Source: Vicinamibacterales bacterium
GTDB lineage: Bacteria > Acidobacteriota > Vicinamibacteria > Vicinamibacterales > SCN-69-37
Length of the DNA stretch: 64,000 bases
Direction: 5' to 3'
Assembly: GCA_035606665.1 (NCBI GenBank)
Contig: DATNEY010000026.1
Location: forward strand, 215,575 to 279,574
Positions 8,329 to 17,741 of the stretch are shown here, piece by piece (positions within the stretch are counted from its first letter, which is position 1; each line of letters opens with the position of its first letter). Under the pieces are notes generated by a model. That model was given only the letters and a program-made list of their open reading frames with translations, made no database searches and was not told the origin of the DNA. The position numbers were made by a program, and so were the translations under genes.

Positions 8329-10944
8329 TTACAGATCAAGTGAATGGGTCGTCGATGTCGAAGCCATCCGACGAAGCCGTCTCAACTGACTTCGCAGTCC
8401 CTTCAGGTGGGCTTCGATCGCGCGCCGGTCATTTGCCGGAAGAACTGGACCGGCGAGCAGTGTCGCCACTACGCGTCCGAAGCCGTCGTCAATTGCTCCA
8501 AGGCATTGCCGCAACGAGGCCAGACCGGCTTTCGGTACGACGGTGCGAAGCGAGGCACCCACCGCAAGCTCCGTCTTGTCGCCAGGAAAGCAAGTCAACC
8601 AGTCTGTCAGGGTCATCGCGCGAAACAGCACTGGTGAAGGACCAACGGCGCTCACCGTGTCCCGACTGGCTGCCGAGAAGGCCTCCCACCAGGCCATCAG
8701 CAGAATCGGCGCCGCTTCCAACGCGTCGCTCATCACGCGCCGGCGCAGGGAGAGAGGGAACATCCACAAGCCGGGCAATGCGGCCACGCGAATAGCGCGT
8801 GCCTCGATGGTCCTCGTTGCAAGCGGATGCCACAGCCACGAGACAAGACTCTGAACCTGACCCTGTTCGCCATCTTGAAGCACTCCCCCAAGAGGAGAGT
8901 GGACTTGAAGTCCGGCGAGGGACGACTCACAGATCTCCACCAGGAGACGCGCTGCGACCTCTTCTCTCAGGTTGGAACCTGACGCGTCGATGGGAATCCA
9001 GTCCGGTCCCCATAGCGTCGAGATTGGCAAACTGCCTTGCCGGATGGCTCCGCGCATCTGCCGAACGACCTGATCCCTGACGTCTGAAGGCGCCTCACTT
9101 AGGAGCCGTTTTGCCAGAGTCAGCGAACCCTGGAGAAGACCACCGACGCCCCAAAGTCGTCGAAGAAGCCCTGCCGCGAGCCAATGAGCGCCCAAGTCGA
9201 TGAAACGGCCCACGGCAGAAACTGCGCGATCGGGCTGGTGCCACTCGCGAATAACGTCCCCGGTCCAGACGAGTAACGCGGCACGCCGCTCCCTCGTCAA
9301 GCTCTGCCACAGAAGTGCCAGGCGTTCGTTCTCGCCGACGGCTCCTCCGGCGGCCGGTGCGCACGCCAGAATCCACTGCGCCAGTACCTGGTTGTCGTAC
9401 GTTGGGCTGGCGATAGCCTGAACCGCCGCCACCTGCGATGCGCCCCGCGACATATCCTCCTGCCCGAGGATGAACTGTGGGTCGCGAACGTAACCAGCGA
9501 GCCGGCCGAACACCCACTGGAATTGAGACTCCCCAAACAGCGCGGTCAGCTCGCCCCGCCAGGACCGATCGCCCAGCGCCGCAATCACAGCCCCGGAGCT
9601 CGACTTCAGAATGCGAATGCCGCAGGCAGACATCAACTGAGTTGCCTGGCGCCGCCACATTCGCTCGAGGCGGAACGCTGGGCTATCGTCAGGAGTTGCG
9701 CCGGCCGCAAGACAGGCGTCAGGTGCGGCGAACGGGATAAGTGTTCGGACGATGACATCGAAGCGGTCGAGGGGCAAGCCCGGCAGTGGCTCTTCGGGAT
9801 TCTCCCGGAAGAACGCGATCACGAAAAGAATTAGTTCGTTGAGAGCGCGCTCTTCGGGGGGTTCTACGTTCAGTAGTGCGTTCCACGTGGGAGGGTTGTC
9901 GTCACGGCATGCCGGGCCACCTTCGATCCCGTGTGCTCGGTCGATTCGCTGTTTGAGGCTTCCATCCGCGGCACCTTGAGTGAGCAATTCTGCGACACGT
10001 TCGTCCGTGCCGCCCCACAGTCCAGCCTTTCGTTGTCGCATGAACTCCTGTTCAAGAACGGCGGCGGCGCCACCAAAGGCGGCACGCAGACGGGGACCAA
10101 CGAAATCGACTTCGGTTTCCACCCATTCTCTCGGCAGCCCACCCTGTAGTCCGGCCGCCTTCATCAAGCTTGGAGTCGTGAGAACCAGGACCCAAGTGGC
10201 CGTGTCTTCAAGAACGCGTTCGAGGTCGGTCCGCCGGTACGGATCAATGCACAGGCTGGTCAGGAATCTTTCGGCAGACCTGTCCGCAGCGTAGACAACA
10301 ACAACTGCTGGGTCTCCTGTTCTTGACTCCAGGAGGTCCCACACGACAGGCATTTCGCCGCGAACGACCTGAAGCTTGCGGCATGAGACAAACTGGGACT
10401 GGAACGGCACCAGCCGAGCGGCCGAATTCAACACATCCCTATCGACGCATGTCAGAAACAGGACGCGGCGTTCATGTAGGCACCTTGCCCATCGCTCAAC
10501 AGCGGACGAGTCAAGCGGGACGAGCCCGACCGTGTTTGAATGCAGGGCCTCCAGGTACTGCTGTGGATTCTCCCGGTCCTCCTGGAATGCTTGCGTGATG
10601 TTGTTGATGATGGTGGTCGTGTTGGAGGTGCTGGTGATGTTGCCCCCCACTACCTGAGTACGTGCCACAGCCACGCCAGACGGAAACACAGTGTCTGTCT
10701 TAGCGGCGAGCGCGTCGCGCTGATCAGCCAAATCACCGTCGATGACGGTGGAGGCCTGCGGCGCTGACATCGCCGGCTCTGGCACGGGCGGTGGACGCTT
10801 CTCCACTAGAGCGCTACCGCACTCGCCGCAGAACTTCACGCCCGCCGAAAACTCGCGGTTGCAGCCAGCGCACCGCAATGGCGGTGCGACGGACACATCC
10901 GCTCGTTCCTGCGATTCAGCCACGTCCGCCGTCGGGTCCGCCAT
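8329..10944 (-). CDS. Hypothetical 871-aa protein with N-terminal zinc ribbon (CAGCN-x11-CGECG)
   Basis: Long ORF, first gene of a four-gene minus-strand operon. No Walker or other motifs recognised. Confidence 0.7.
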   Translation of the reverse strand: MADPTADVAESQERADVSVAPPLRCAGCNREFSAGVKFCGECGSALVEKRPPPVPEPAMSAPQASTVIDGDLADQRDALAAKTDTVFPSGVAVARTQVVGGNITSTSNTTTIINNITQAFQEDRENPQQYLEALHSNTVGLVPLDSSAVERWARCLHERRVLFLTCVDRDVLNSAARLVPFQSQFVSCRKLQVVRGEMPVVWDLLESRTGDPAVVVVYAADRSAERFLTSLCIDPYRRTDLERVLEDTATWVLVLTTPSLMKAAGLQGGLPREWVETEVDFVGPRLRAAFGGAAAVLEQEFMRQRKAGLWGGTDERVAELLTQGAADGSLKQRIDRAHGIEGGPACRDDNPPTWNALLNVEPPEERALNELILFVIAFFRENPEEPLPGLPLDRFDVIVRTLIPFAAPDACLAAGATPDDSPAFRLERMWRRQATQLMSACGIRILKSSSGAVIAALGDRSWRGELTALFGESQFQWVFGRLAGYVRDPQFILGQEDMSRGASQVAAVQAIASPTYDNQVLAQWILACAPAAGGAVGENERLALLWQSLTRERRAALLVWTGDVIREWHQPDRAVSAVGRFIDLGAHWLAAGLLRRLWGVGGLLQGSLTLAKRLLSEAPSDVRDQVVRQMRGAIRQGSLPISTLWGPDWIPIDASGSNLREEVAARLLVEICESSLAGLQVHSPLGGVLQDGEQGQVQSLVSWLWHPLATRTIEARAIRVAALPGLWMFPLSLRRRVMSDALEAAPILLMAWWEAFSAASRDTVSAVGPSPVLFRAMTLTDWLTCFPGDKTELAVGASLRTVVPKAGLASLRQCLGAIDDGFGRVVATLLAGPVLPANDRRAIEAHLKGLRSQLRRLRRMASTSTTHSLDL

Positions 10945-11013
10945 CGTGGTCTCCGGGATGAAAGGTCACGGCGCGCTGGAGCGGGCAGCCGCGAACCCGC
11001 ACATCGAGCGCTC

Positions 11014-11043
11014 ACTATAGGTAATTTAGGGTAATTAAGTCAA
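11014..11043 (-). promoter_or_regulatory. Sigma70-like promoter TTGACT-N18-TATAGT on the minus strand upstream of the 871-aa gene. Contains a TAGGGTAAT motif.
   Basis: Hexamers read directly from the sequence (reverse complement of 11014-11043) in an AT-rich intergenic gap. Confidence 0.45.
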
Positions 11044-11162
11044 CTAGGTTCGTCTTAATACCTAACCAACCGGCCGTGCCGGACTTTAGATCCTGCGCCG
11101 GCCCGCGGCTCGTGGCATTGCCTGGGCAGAGGCCGCGAACCTCCACATCAATCGGCCGATGA

Positions 11163-11870
11163 TCACCGCCGCGACTCCGGGCCGAGGTGGCGCAAGAGAA
11201 TCGGGCGCACAATCGGACCGCCTTGTCGATTAACGACATAGGTCCCGACCTCGCCGGCCGTAACTTCCACGGTTTCCACAATCAGGTTCCTTGCCCCGCG
11301 GGCCAGGAACGCCGCCCGGGCCTCATCGCCTTCAACGAGGTCGAGCGACGGCAACTCACTTCTCAGTCGAGCGAAGCAAAGGAGCAGACGCTCGTCCTGT
11401 GCCGGAGGCTGGAAGCGAATCAGAGGACTCACGTAGTCCTGGGTCGCCTTGACGGGCGTGCCCGCCGTATCGCCGTCTACAGGCAGCAACAGGGACGCCC
11501 GTCCCGATGTGTTCAGCGCCCAGACAGAAAGGAATCCGTCGACATTGGTTCGGACATGAATGCGGATCCGATCGCCGGACGCGAAGGAATGCGTGTCCGC
11601 CACAGGCCCGCGGCCTGTCAAGTCAATCCAGTAATGCACTCCAACGGATCGCGTACCCGTGGGAACCGGCGCCACTGGGCGAGGCGCTCCCGTGCTCGAC
11701 GCCGGTGGGGTCGCCGGCACGCGGGGCGGCGACGGAGCAGCCTTCGCCGTCGATCCTGTTGCGGGGTTGTAGAACAGTGACCGCGCGCCGGTCGGCTCCT
11801 GGACACCCATGCCGGCTGCCAGCGCAACCGCGGCGAATGTCGTCGAGAGCCGCGTCATGCCTGATCGCAT
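11163..11870 (-). CDS. Secreted DUF4384-like domain protein (caspase-associated beta-sandwich)
   Basis: Signal peptide. Motif GDRIRIHVRTNVDGFLSVWALNTSGRASLLLP is typical of the DUF4384 family that commonly accompanies bacterial caspase-domain proteins. Confidence 0.6.
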   Translation of the reverse strand: MRSGMTRLSTTFAAVALAAGMGVQEPTGARSLFYNPATGSTAKAAPSPPRVPATPPASSTGAPRPVAPVPTGTRSVGVHYWIDLTGRGPVADTHSFASGDRIRIHVRTNVDGFLSVWALNTSGRASLLLPVDGDTAGTPVKATQDYVSPLIRFQPPAQDERLLLCFARLRSELPSLDLVEGDEARAAFLARGARNLIVETVEVTAGEVGTYVVNRQGGPIVRPILLRHLGPESRR

Positions 11871-11895
11871 TGGTCGTGCCCTTCCATCTGGTCAG

Positions 11896-13191
11896 CTAGC
11901 CGCCAGGCTTCCTGGCGATCCGATCCTTCAGATACAGGTTCACCGAATCGCGGCTCCGTACGATCATCGGATGCTGCGACTCGCGCTTTTCGCTCATTAC
12001 GGCATCCGTGACTCGGAGCCTCACATGGCCGAAGACATCGTCGACGGACAACGGGCCTGGTTTCGTGAGCGCATCGAGCAAGAAATAGGTGAAGTAGCCG
12101 TGTTGAATCTTGTCGTCCTCCCAGGACCGCTCGGCCTGACTGCTCGACGTTATGATGATGCGGCCCACGCCCTGGGGGACCCGGCCTCTGCCGATTTCTG
12201 ATCCGGTATCAACCACCAGTGATCGCGACCCCGCCAGACCCTCTTCCAACCGGGCCATCGACACGCCAGTCTCGGTCGTCAGGGCGCGACTGCTGGCGGT
12301 CCATCCCGACGGCAACTCTTTGTAGGTGCCGCCGCTATAGCACGTGTCGAGGAACGCGATGACGCGTTCCGACTTGATTCGACTGCCGAGCGCTCTGAGC
12401 AGGTCGTCCATCGCGTAAGCAGTCGAGTACAGGCCGCTGACCTCGGTGTCGTACGTGACGATGTAATTCACACCGGCCGTGTCGAGATTCTCAGGAGACC
12501 CATGGCTGCTCATGTAGACCACCACGAGGTCCTCTGGTTCGGCATTCTTCGCGAGGTAGTCGATCTCCATCGTAATGTTCTTGCGCGTCGCCGCTTCGTC
12601 CAGGAGTGTCTTGACGGAGTCGAACTCGCAGCATTGCTTGAGTGCCGCGGAGACCGCCTCCGCATCACGTGCGGTGTACTTGAGCGCGTTGATTCTCGGG
12701 TCCTGAAAACGGCTGATTCCCACTACCAGTGCCCACCTCTTGCGCACGACCGAGGAAACGTGGATGGCGGGCACTGCCGGTGGCGGTGAAGCTACGCCTG
12801 GGGAGCGGACGGCTCCTGCGGCCGAGGTGGATGTGCTGGCCAGGGGCACCGGCGCATACAGCGACTCGCCGTTGCGCATCGCGGCAGAGTTCCAGGTCTC
12901 GGCCTGTTTGCGCCAGTACTGCGCTTTGGAGTCCTTCAGTTCTGCGCCAACAAGGCTCAGGAAATACCATGCATCCCCAAGGCCTGCGCAGAAGTCTGTC
13001 GCGCGCTTCAGATTCTGCAGAGCATCTTCAAGACTTGCCCGCTCGGCGTTCGGCTTGAGACTCTCACGCGTGCTCCGGACGAGCTCTGCCGCGGTATCGC
13101 ACCTGGTACCCTGCTCGGCAGAACCGGACGTGGACCCATACGGAAACGCGAGCGCGCAAACCCCGACGACCAACCATTTCAGAGAAGTCAT
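11896..13191 (-). CDS. Secreted caspase-like (peptidase C14, orthocaspase) protein
   Basis: KRWALVVGISRF...YMSSHGS (His) ...IAFLDTCYSGG (Cys) catalytic dyad contexts. Signal peptide. C-terminal HGYFTYFLLDAL block. ATGA start/stop overlap with the upstream gene. Confidence 0.85.
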   Translation of the reverse strand: MTSLKWLVVGVCALAFPYGSTSGSAEQGTRCDTAAELVRSTRESLKPNAERASLEDALQNLKRATDFCAGLGDAWYFLSLVGAELKDSKAQYWRKQAETWNSAAMRNGESLYAPVPLASTSTSAAGAVRSPGVASPPPAVPAIHVSSVVRKRWALVVGISRFQDPRINALKYTARDAEAVSAALKQCCEFDSVKTLLDEAATRKNITMEIDYLAKNAEPEDLVVVYMSSHGSPENLDTAGVNYIVTYDTEVSGLYSTAYAMDDLLRALGSRIKSERVIAFLDTCYSGGTYKELPSGWTASSRALTTETGVSMARLEEGLAGSRSLVVDTGSEIGRGRVPQGVGRIIITSSSQAERSWEDDKIQHGYFTYFLLDALTKPGPLSVDDVFGHVRLRVTDAVMSEKRESQHPMIVRSRDSVNLYLKDRIARKPGG

Positions 13192-14552
13192 TGCGCCGAC
13201 CAGTTCCAGTTTCCTGGACCTCCACTTGGTGTAGACACAAGTGGAGCTTTCTTGGTCGCCTGTCTCGCACGTATGGCTGCCATGACCTTGGCTGAGACCT
13301 TCCCGGCCAGGAGCTGCTTGTAACCCTCAGGTGACAGGTCGAACGCGACGGTCTTGGCGTTCTTGATGGCATCGAGGAGGCTGGCTTCGTCCAGGCCGCC
13401 CGCGACGAGTTCAACCACATCCTTATTGCCGAACGCTGCTGGCTTCGTCGTAGCCGGCGGAGTCGTCGTGAGTGCCCTGGCGCCAGACTTGCTGCTTGCG
13501 GAATCAGCCGCCTGTTTGGCGGCGGCCGCCGCCGCGATAATGGCCTGTTGACGTTCGAGTTGGGCGTAGGCCGCGATGCCCTCCTGGATTCTGATCTGGG
13601 GGGTCTGGAAGTACTTTTCGTCGACCTTCATTTCGATGGCTCTTCCGTAGAGGCTCGAGGCTTGCTCGAGCAATTTCTTCGACGTCGGGATGTCCTCAGA
13701 GCTGTAGGCCATGGCTTCCCTGGCGACGCCGAGATTGAACAGCCGATACGCTTCCTTCTTTGGATCCTTCAGCGGTGGTATCTGTTCCAGTTGCTCCAGC
13801 ATGCGATTCCACAGTCCCGCTTGACCGAGCTTGTTGATCTCGTCGATGGCGTCCGGTCGGGCGAGCATTACGGTTACCGGCTCGGTCGTGGGCGTCAGCC
13901 GACGCATCACCTGCTCGACGGCTGAATCGATCAACAGTTGTTCCACGCGGCTTTGGTCGGGTGGCGTCGTGCCAGCCAGGAACTCGCGCGTGTAGGTGGG
14001 CGTGAACGACTGCGAATCAATGGAGGCCCCGCTGACGCGATCCTGGACCTGGACGGCGACCGCCAAATCACCCTGCACCGCGGTGAAGTGTTGCGTCTCG
14101 TTCACGGTCGAGTACACATCCTGAGTTTCGTATGCTTTCTTCTTGGCGTTCCACACCTGCTTCGTGCCCGTCTTCTTGCTGACCTGCACTTGACGCTGGC
14201 CCGCCGACTGCTTGGTGTCGAGCCTGCTGATCGTGCACATGATGAGCGTATCTGGTTGAGCCGTTTCAACCCGTAGCCGTGCGTCACCGGCCAGGAGGCG
14301 CGTCTCGACCGTGGATTTGAACCGCTGTGCGATGTTCTCGCGCCCATTTGTCTGGGAAACGACCTCGACTTTGATTGCGGTACCGGTAATCAGCACTGTC
14401 GGAGGGTGCTTTCGATTCAGCGTGACCTCAGTTTTTTGCTGCGTAAGTCCCTTGCGGAATTGGGCTTCGGCCCGGGGCGGATTCCCCAACGCTACCGCGA
14501 CAACGACACTGGCAACGCCTGCAGCAAGAACCGTGTGGACGCTTCTCATCAT
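13188..14552 (-). CDS. Secreted hypothetical protein (start reassigned to the ATGATG at 14552, overlapping the upstream stop)
   Basis: SD GGAGGA then ATGATG. Signal peptide MMRSVHTVLAAGVASVVVAVALG. The ORF-track N-terminal extension is low-complexity. Confidence 0.7.
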   Translation of the reverse strand: MMRSVHTVLAAGVASVVVAVALGNPPRAEAQFRKGLTQQKTEVTLNRKHPPTVLITGTAIKVEVVSQTNGRENIAQRFKSTVETRLLAGDARLRVETAQPDTLIMCTISRLDTKQSAGQRQVQVSKKTGTKQVWNAKKKAYETQDVYSTVNETQHFTAVQGDLAVAVQVQDRVSGASIDSQSFTPTYTREFLAGTTPPDQSRVEQLLIDSAVEQVMRRLTPTTEPVTVMLARPDAIDEINKLGQAGLWNRMLEQLEQIPPLKDPKKEAYRLFNLGVAREAMAYSSEDIPTSKKLLEQASSLYGRAIEMKVDEKYFQTPQIRIQEGIAAYAQLERQQAIIAAAAAAKQAADSASSKSGARALTTTPPATTKPAAFGNKDVVELVAGGLDEASLLDAIKNAKTVAFDLSPEGYKQLLAGKVSAKVMAAIRARQATKKAPLVSTPSGGPGNWNWSAQ

Positions 14553-15433
14553 TCCTCCTCGACCTTCGTCAAGTTCTCGAAACGTACCCGTCCGTGCAGC
14601 GGCTGCAACATGGCGTCCGATCGGGCGTGTTCGGCGAGTGCCGCCCTGGTCATGCCCGGAGCGTTGGCGACCGCCATCAAGGCGGTACCCAATGACTCGA
14701 GCGCCCCGTCCGCTCGCCCGCTCAACGCCAGGGCGCAGGCGAGGTTGTAGTGCGCCAGCCAATTCGCCGGCGCAACCCTGATGGCGGCCCTGCACGATGC
14801 TTCCGCGCTGGCCACCTGGCCTGCCTGCAATTCCGCGCCGCAGAGGTTTGCAAGGACGGCTGCATTGGACGGCTCTCGCACGGCGAGTTCCGTGAACGCT
14901 CGGAGCGCCTCCGTCGTGCGTCCGTCAGCAGCCAGCGCGATTGCGGCCTCGAGTGTCACCAGCGGCGGAGCGCCCCCGTCGGAGTTCTGCACGGTATTCG
15001 CGTTCGCTTGCTCGACTCCCCGGCCGTCGGCGGAACTGCGGGTCACCCACATCGCAAGCACCACAACCGCGATGATCGAAACCACACCCATCAACAGGCC
15101 GCCAGCGATATTCACCCGCGAGTGCTTGACGCTACTGTCGACGTTGCTGGTAATCGTCGTGGCCCGTGACGAGTGATCGTCGTTCGTGACGGTCGTGACC
15201 GAGCGACTGTCCCGGACCGAATGGTCGTCTCGAGTGGAATGGTCGTCGCGGGTCGAACTCGACTGCGCCGAACTGTGGATGTTCGTCTCGCTGTAGTCGG
15301 CGCCCGTGTCGCCCTTCGACTGTGAGATCGTCGCTGGCGTAGCCGGCGGCCGTACCACGCGCAGCGCGCCGCCACAGGCGAGACAGAACTTCCCCGAAGC
15401 CTCCTGTCGCCCGCACTGAGCGCATTCCAACAT
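14549..15433 (-). CDS. Membrane-anchored protein: N-terminal zinc ribbon, STRDDHS-repeat linker, single TM, C-terminal TPR repeats
   Basis: CAQCG...CLACG. TM GGLLMGVVSIIAVVVLAMWV. TPR-like helices (AEASCRAAIRVAPANWLAHYNLACALALSG). The N-terminal ~100 aa are near-identical to the protein at 28021. Confidence 0.8.
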   Translation of the reverse strand: MLECAQCGRQEASGKFCLACGGALRVVRPPATPATISQSKGDTGADYSETNIHSSAQSSSTRDDHSTRDDHSVRDSRSVTTVTNDDHSSRATTITSNVDSSVKHSRVNIAGGLLMGVVSIIAVVVLAMWVTRSSADGRGVEQANANTVQNSDGGAPPLVTLEAAIALAADGRTTEALRAFTELAVREPSNAAVLANLCGAELQAGQVASAEASCRAAIRVAPANWLAHYNLACALALSGRADGALESLGTALMAVANAPGMTRAALAEHARSDAMLQPLHGRVRFENLTKVEEE

Positions 15434-15678
15434 CGACTACTCCTCGGCTCAGCCAGCCGATCTCGACGGGTTCAGCGCAGACCGTGCATTGCACTGAATA
15501 AGTACCCCCAAGATGACTTTAATGGACTCTAATTATCCGAGGAGTATACTCCCGCCGCCCGGCCGGGTTCAACTGGTGACTTGGCACGGCGCCTGGGCGG
15601 CCCGTGGCAGGGCAAGCTGGCAGGTCATAGGAAGGTATTACCCTGAAGTTCTGGAACCGTCTATATAATTGATGGCAA

Positions 15679-16521
15679 GTGTTCGGCTTCCTGCTCGGCA
15701 TCCTTGCTCGGCCCGTCGGTAAAATGCTGCTGGGTGCCGTTGTTGTCCTCCAAGGTTATTTGCTGTTCCGCCCGCAAGATCCGCTGGGCTTCGCGGGCCA
15801 TTCTGTGGTGACTCAGACCGCCGCCGCCGTGGCAGCGGATCTGCCTGATAGGAAGGGACTGACGACCCTTGCGGTGCTCCCGTTCGTCAATGACTTCAAT
15901 GCGGTCGTCGCCGGCCAGGTGAAGGATGCGATCCTCGAACGAGGCCGCTATGAGGTGTTGGACGAGTCTTTCTTCAGGCGGTTGCTGAACGAAGCCAGGG
16001 GCGGCGCTGCGCCGATCGCGGACCTGAAAGAGGCCGTGGCTGCCGCCCGCCGAATTGGCGTTGACGCGGTCGTGTTCGGGGAGGTGTCGCGGTTGACACG
16101 CGAGCCCGGGCAAGCAGATCTCGCGTTGAATCTGCGAATGGCCGAACGTGAGTCGGGCCAAGCCGTCTTTGCCCGCCAATATGAGGACCGTGCCGGTGGC
16201 AACTCGACGTCGGTCGCCTATTGGCGCGCAAGACTGGCAGACAGTTCCACGCCGCAGCGTATTCTGGCGTGGACCTGCATCGTGCTGCTCGCGCCGCTCG
16301 TCGGCGCTGGCCTCATCCGACGGGTGACGGCTGAGGAATCGAATCTCCGAAATGGCGTGCTGCTAGTTGCGATGACAGGCATTGACGTGCTTCTGGCCTG
16401 GGGACTCACGGGATTCTGGATCGCGTCCTGGGGGACCGCTGCCGCGATCGCCTTGGCAGCGGCCGCCAGCCTGGCGTACAACTACAAGGTAGCGTCGATA
16501 ATTGACGATTTGGCCCAGTGA
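15679..16521 (+). CDS. Membrane protein with FlgO/CsgG/LpoB-like domain and C-terminal TM helices
   Basis: Block LAVLPFVNDF...GVDAVVFGEVSRL. Hydrophobic C-terminus. Confidence 0.55.
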   Translation: MFGFLLGILARPVGKMLLGAVVVLQGYLLFRPQDPLGFAGHSVVTQTAAAVAADLPDRKGLTTLAVLPFVNDFNAVVAGQVKDAILERGRYEVLDESFFRRLLNEARGGAAPIADLKEAVAAARRIGVDAVVFGEVSRLTREPGQADLALNLRMAERESGQAVFARQYEDRAGGNSTSVAYWRARLADSSTPQRILAWTCIVLLAPLVGAGLIRRVTAEESNLRNGVLLVAMTGIDVLLAWGLTGFWIASWGTAAAIALAAAASLAYNYKVASIIDDLAQ

Positions 16522-16567
16522 GCAGGAAGTATCAACGCCGTGGTAGGTGGAGAGTCCATCTTAGTTC

Positions 16568-16595
16568 TTGACAGGGTAAAAGATTACTTTAGAAT
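16568..16595 (+). promoter_or_regulatory. Sigma70-like promoter TTGACA-N16-TAGAAT with a CAGGGTAAA motif abutting the -35
   Basis: Exact hexamers. Near-identical architecture to the promoter at 21034. Confidence 0.55.
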
Positions 16596-16623
16596 GGAGT
16601 CGAGTGCTCCGTTCGTGGTGAAA

Positions 16624-16839
16624 ATGCGAATGACGAAGACACCAACGAATCTCATGACGGTGGAGGAGGCTGCGGCCTACCTCAAAGTCGATCCCAAGAC
16701 GGTCTACCGGTTGATCAACGACAAGGAAATCAAGGCATTCCTCGTGGGGCGGGTGTACCGATTCGAGATGAAGGACATCGAGGACTTCGTCCAGAAATCC
16801 AAACTGAAGGTCCAGCGCGCGGCGAAGCGGAGCTACTGA
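16624..16839 (+). CDS. Excisionase-family helix-turn-helix DNA-binding protein (HTH_17/MerR-like)
   Basis: MTVEEAAAYLKVDPKTVYRLINDKEIKAFLVGRVYRFEMKDIEDFV matches the excisionase-family HTH pattern. The ORF-track start at 16540 overlaps the promoter, so a downstream Met (16624, 16630 or 16654) is the likely start. Confidence 0.6.
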   Translation: MRMTKTPTNLMTVEEAAAYLKVDPKTVYRLINDKEIKAFLVGRVYRFEMKDIEDFVQKSKLKVQRAAKRSY

Positions 16840-16857
16840 GCTTCTGGCAACTGGTCC

Positions 16858-17460
16858 ATGGGCCTTTTCAAGTCTAAAGAGGAGCGACGGCTCGAGCGGA
16901 CGATGAAAGTCCGCCAGGCTGTCGCGCAGCTCAGGCGCCAGATCAAGGACAGCGAAAAGCACGAAACGGCCTATGTCCAGAAGGCCAAGCGGTCCCGCAA
17001 GCTCGGCTGGAACAACCAGTACGAGTTCCTCAAGAAGGCGATCAAGAAGACCGCCACCGTAAAGGTCCAGCTCGAACGACAGCTTCTTGCGCTCGAGTCG
17101 GCTTCCCAAATCAAGGAACAGACCGAAAGCCACGCGCAGTTCGCGTCGGCAATGTCCGCGCTCTCGAAGAGTATCTCCGAGGCTTTTGGCATCACCGATC
17201 TCGCCAAGACTCAGGTGAACTTCGAGAAGGCCATGGCGCAAGCCTCGAACCTCGAAGAGCGCATGGACACGTTCCTGGACATGACGTCGGAAACGATGTT
17301 CGGCTACGAGGGCAGCCCGGAAGGCGAACTGGTGAGCGACGCCGACATCGACAGAATGCTGGTCGACGAGGTCACACGCGAAGAGAGGACCGACACGGGT
17401 CTCGACCTCGACGCGGACATCGCATCCGTCGAACGGGAACTGGATCGGGCAAAGAAGTAG
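16858..17460 (+). CDS. Snf7/ESCRT-III-like (CHMP2/Vps2-like) coiled-coil protein with C-terminal MIM-like helix
   Basis: MGLFKSK N-terminus. The helical layout is colinear with CHMP2A (basic N-half, acidic C-half). The C-terminal DLDADIASVERELDRAKK resembles the MIM1 of CHMP2A, DADADLEERLKNLRRD. Confidence 0.65.
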   Translation: MGLFKSKEERRLERTMKVRQAVAQLRRQIKDSEKHETAYVQKAKRSRKLGWNNQYEFLKKAIKKTATVKVQLERQLLALESASQIKEQTESHAQFASAMSALSKSISEAFGITDLAKTQVNFEKAMAQASNLEERMDTFLDMTSETMFGYEGSPEGELVSDADIDRMLVDEVTREERTDTGLDLDADIASVERELDRAKK

Positions 17461-17741
17461 TGACCCGATCCGGGATCTAGGAACTGACACGAGCCCACAC
17501 ACCTCCTTCGTCATCGTCTCGACCGCCGTTCGACTAATGCCGAGGTCCGCGGCGTCGATTCGTGGCTGGATTTGGGTTTCCACCGCGCGGGCACGTGCTT
17601 ACCGCCTCAAGAGGCTCAACGAGCAGCTGCCCGGCGGCAGCGCCAATCTATGGCATCCGCTACGGAAGTGATCAGACCATTCCAGAGTCTGTGCTTATAG
17701 GCCCGGTTCTTGTCGCAACGGCCACAGCCGCGAGCCGCCAG

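Noticed and set aside
16561-17583. 340-aa minus-strand ORF
   Set aside because: Antisense to the HTH and Snf7-like genes, low-complexity Leu/Arg/Glu-rich translation typical of the reverse frame of a high-GC coiled-coil gene, and it runs through a strong plus-strand promoter.
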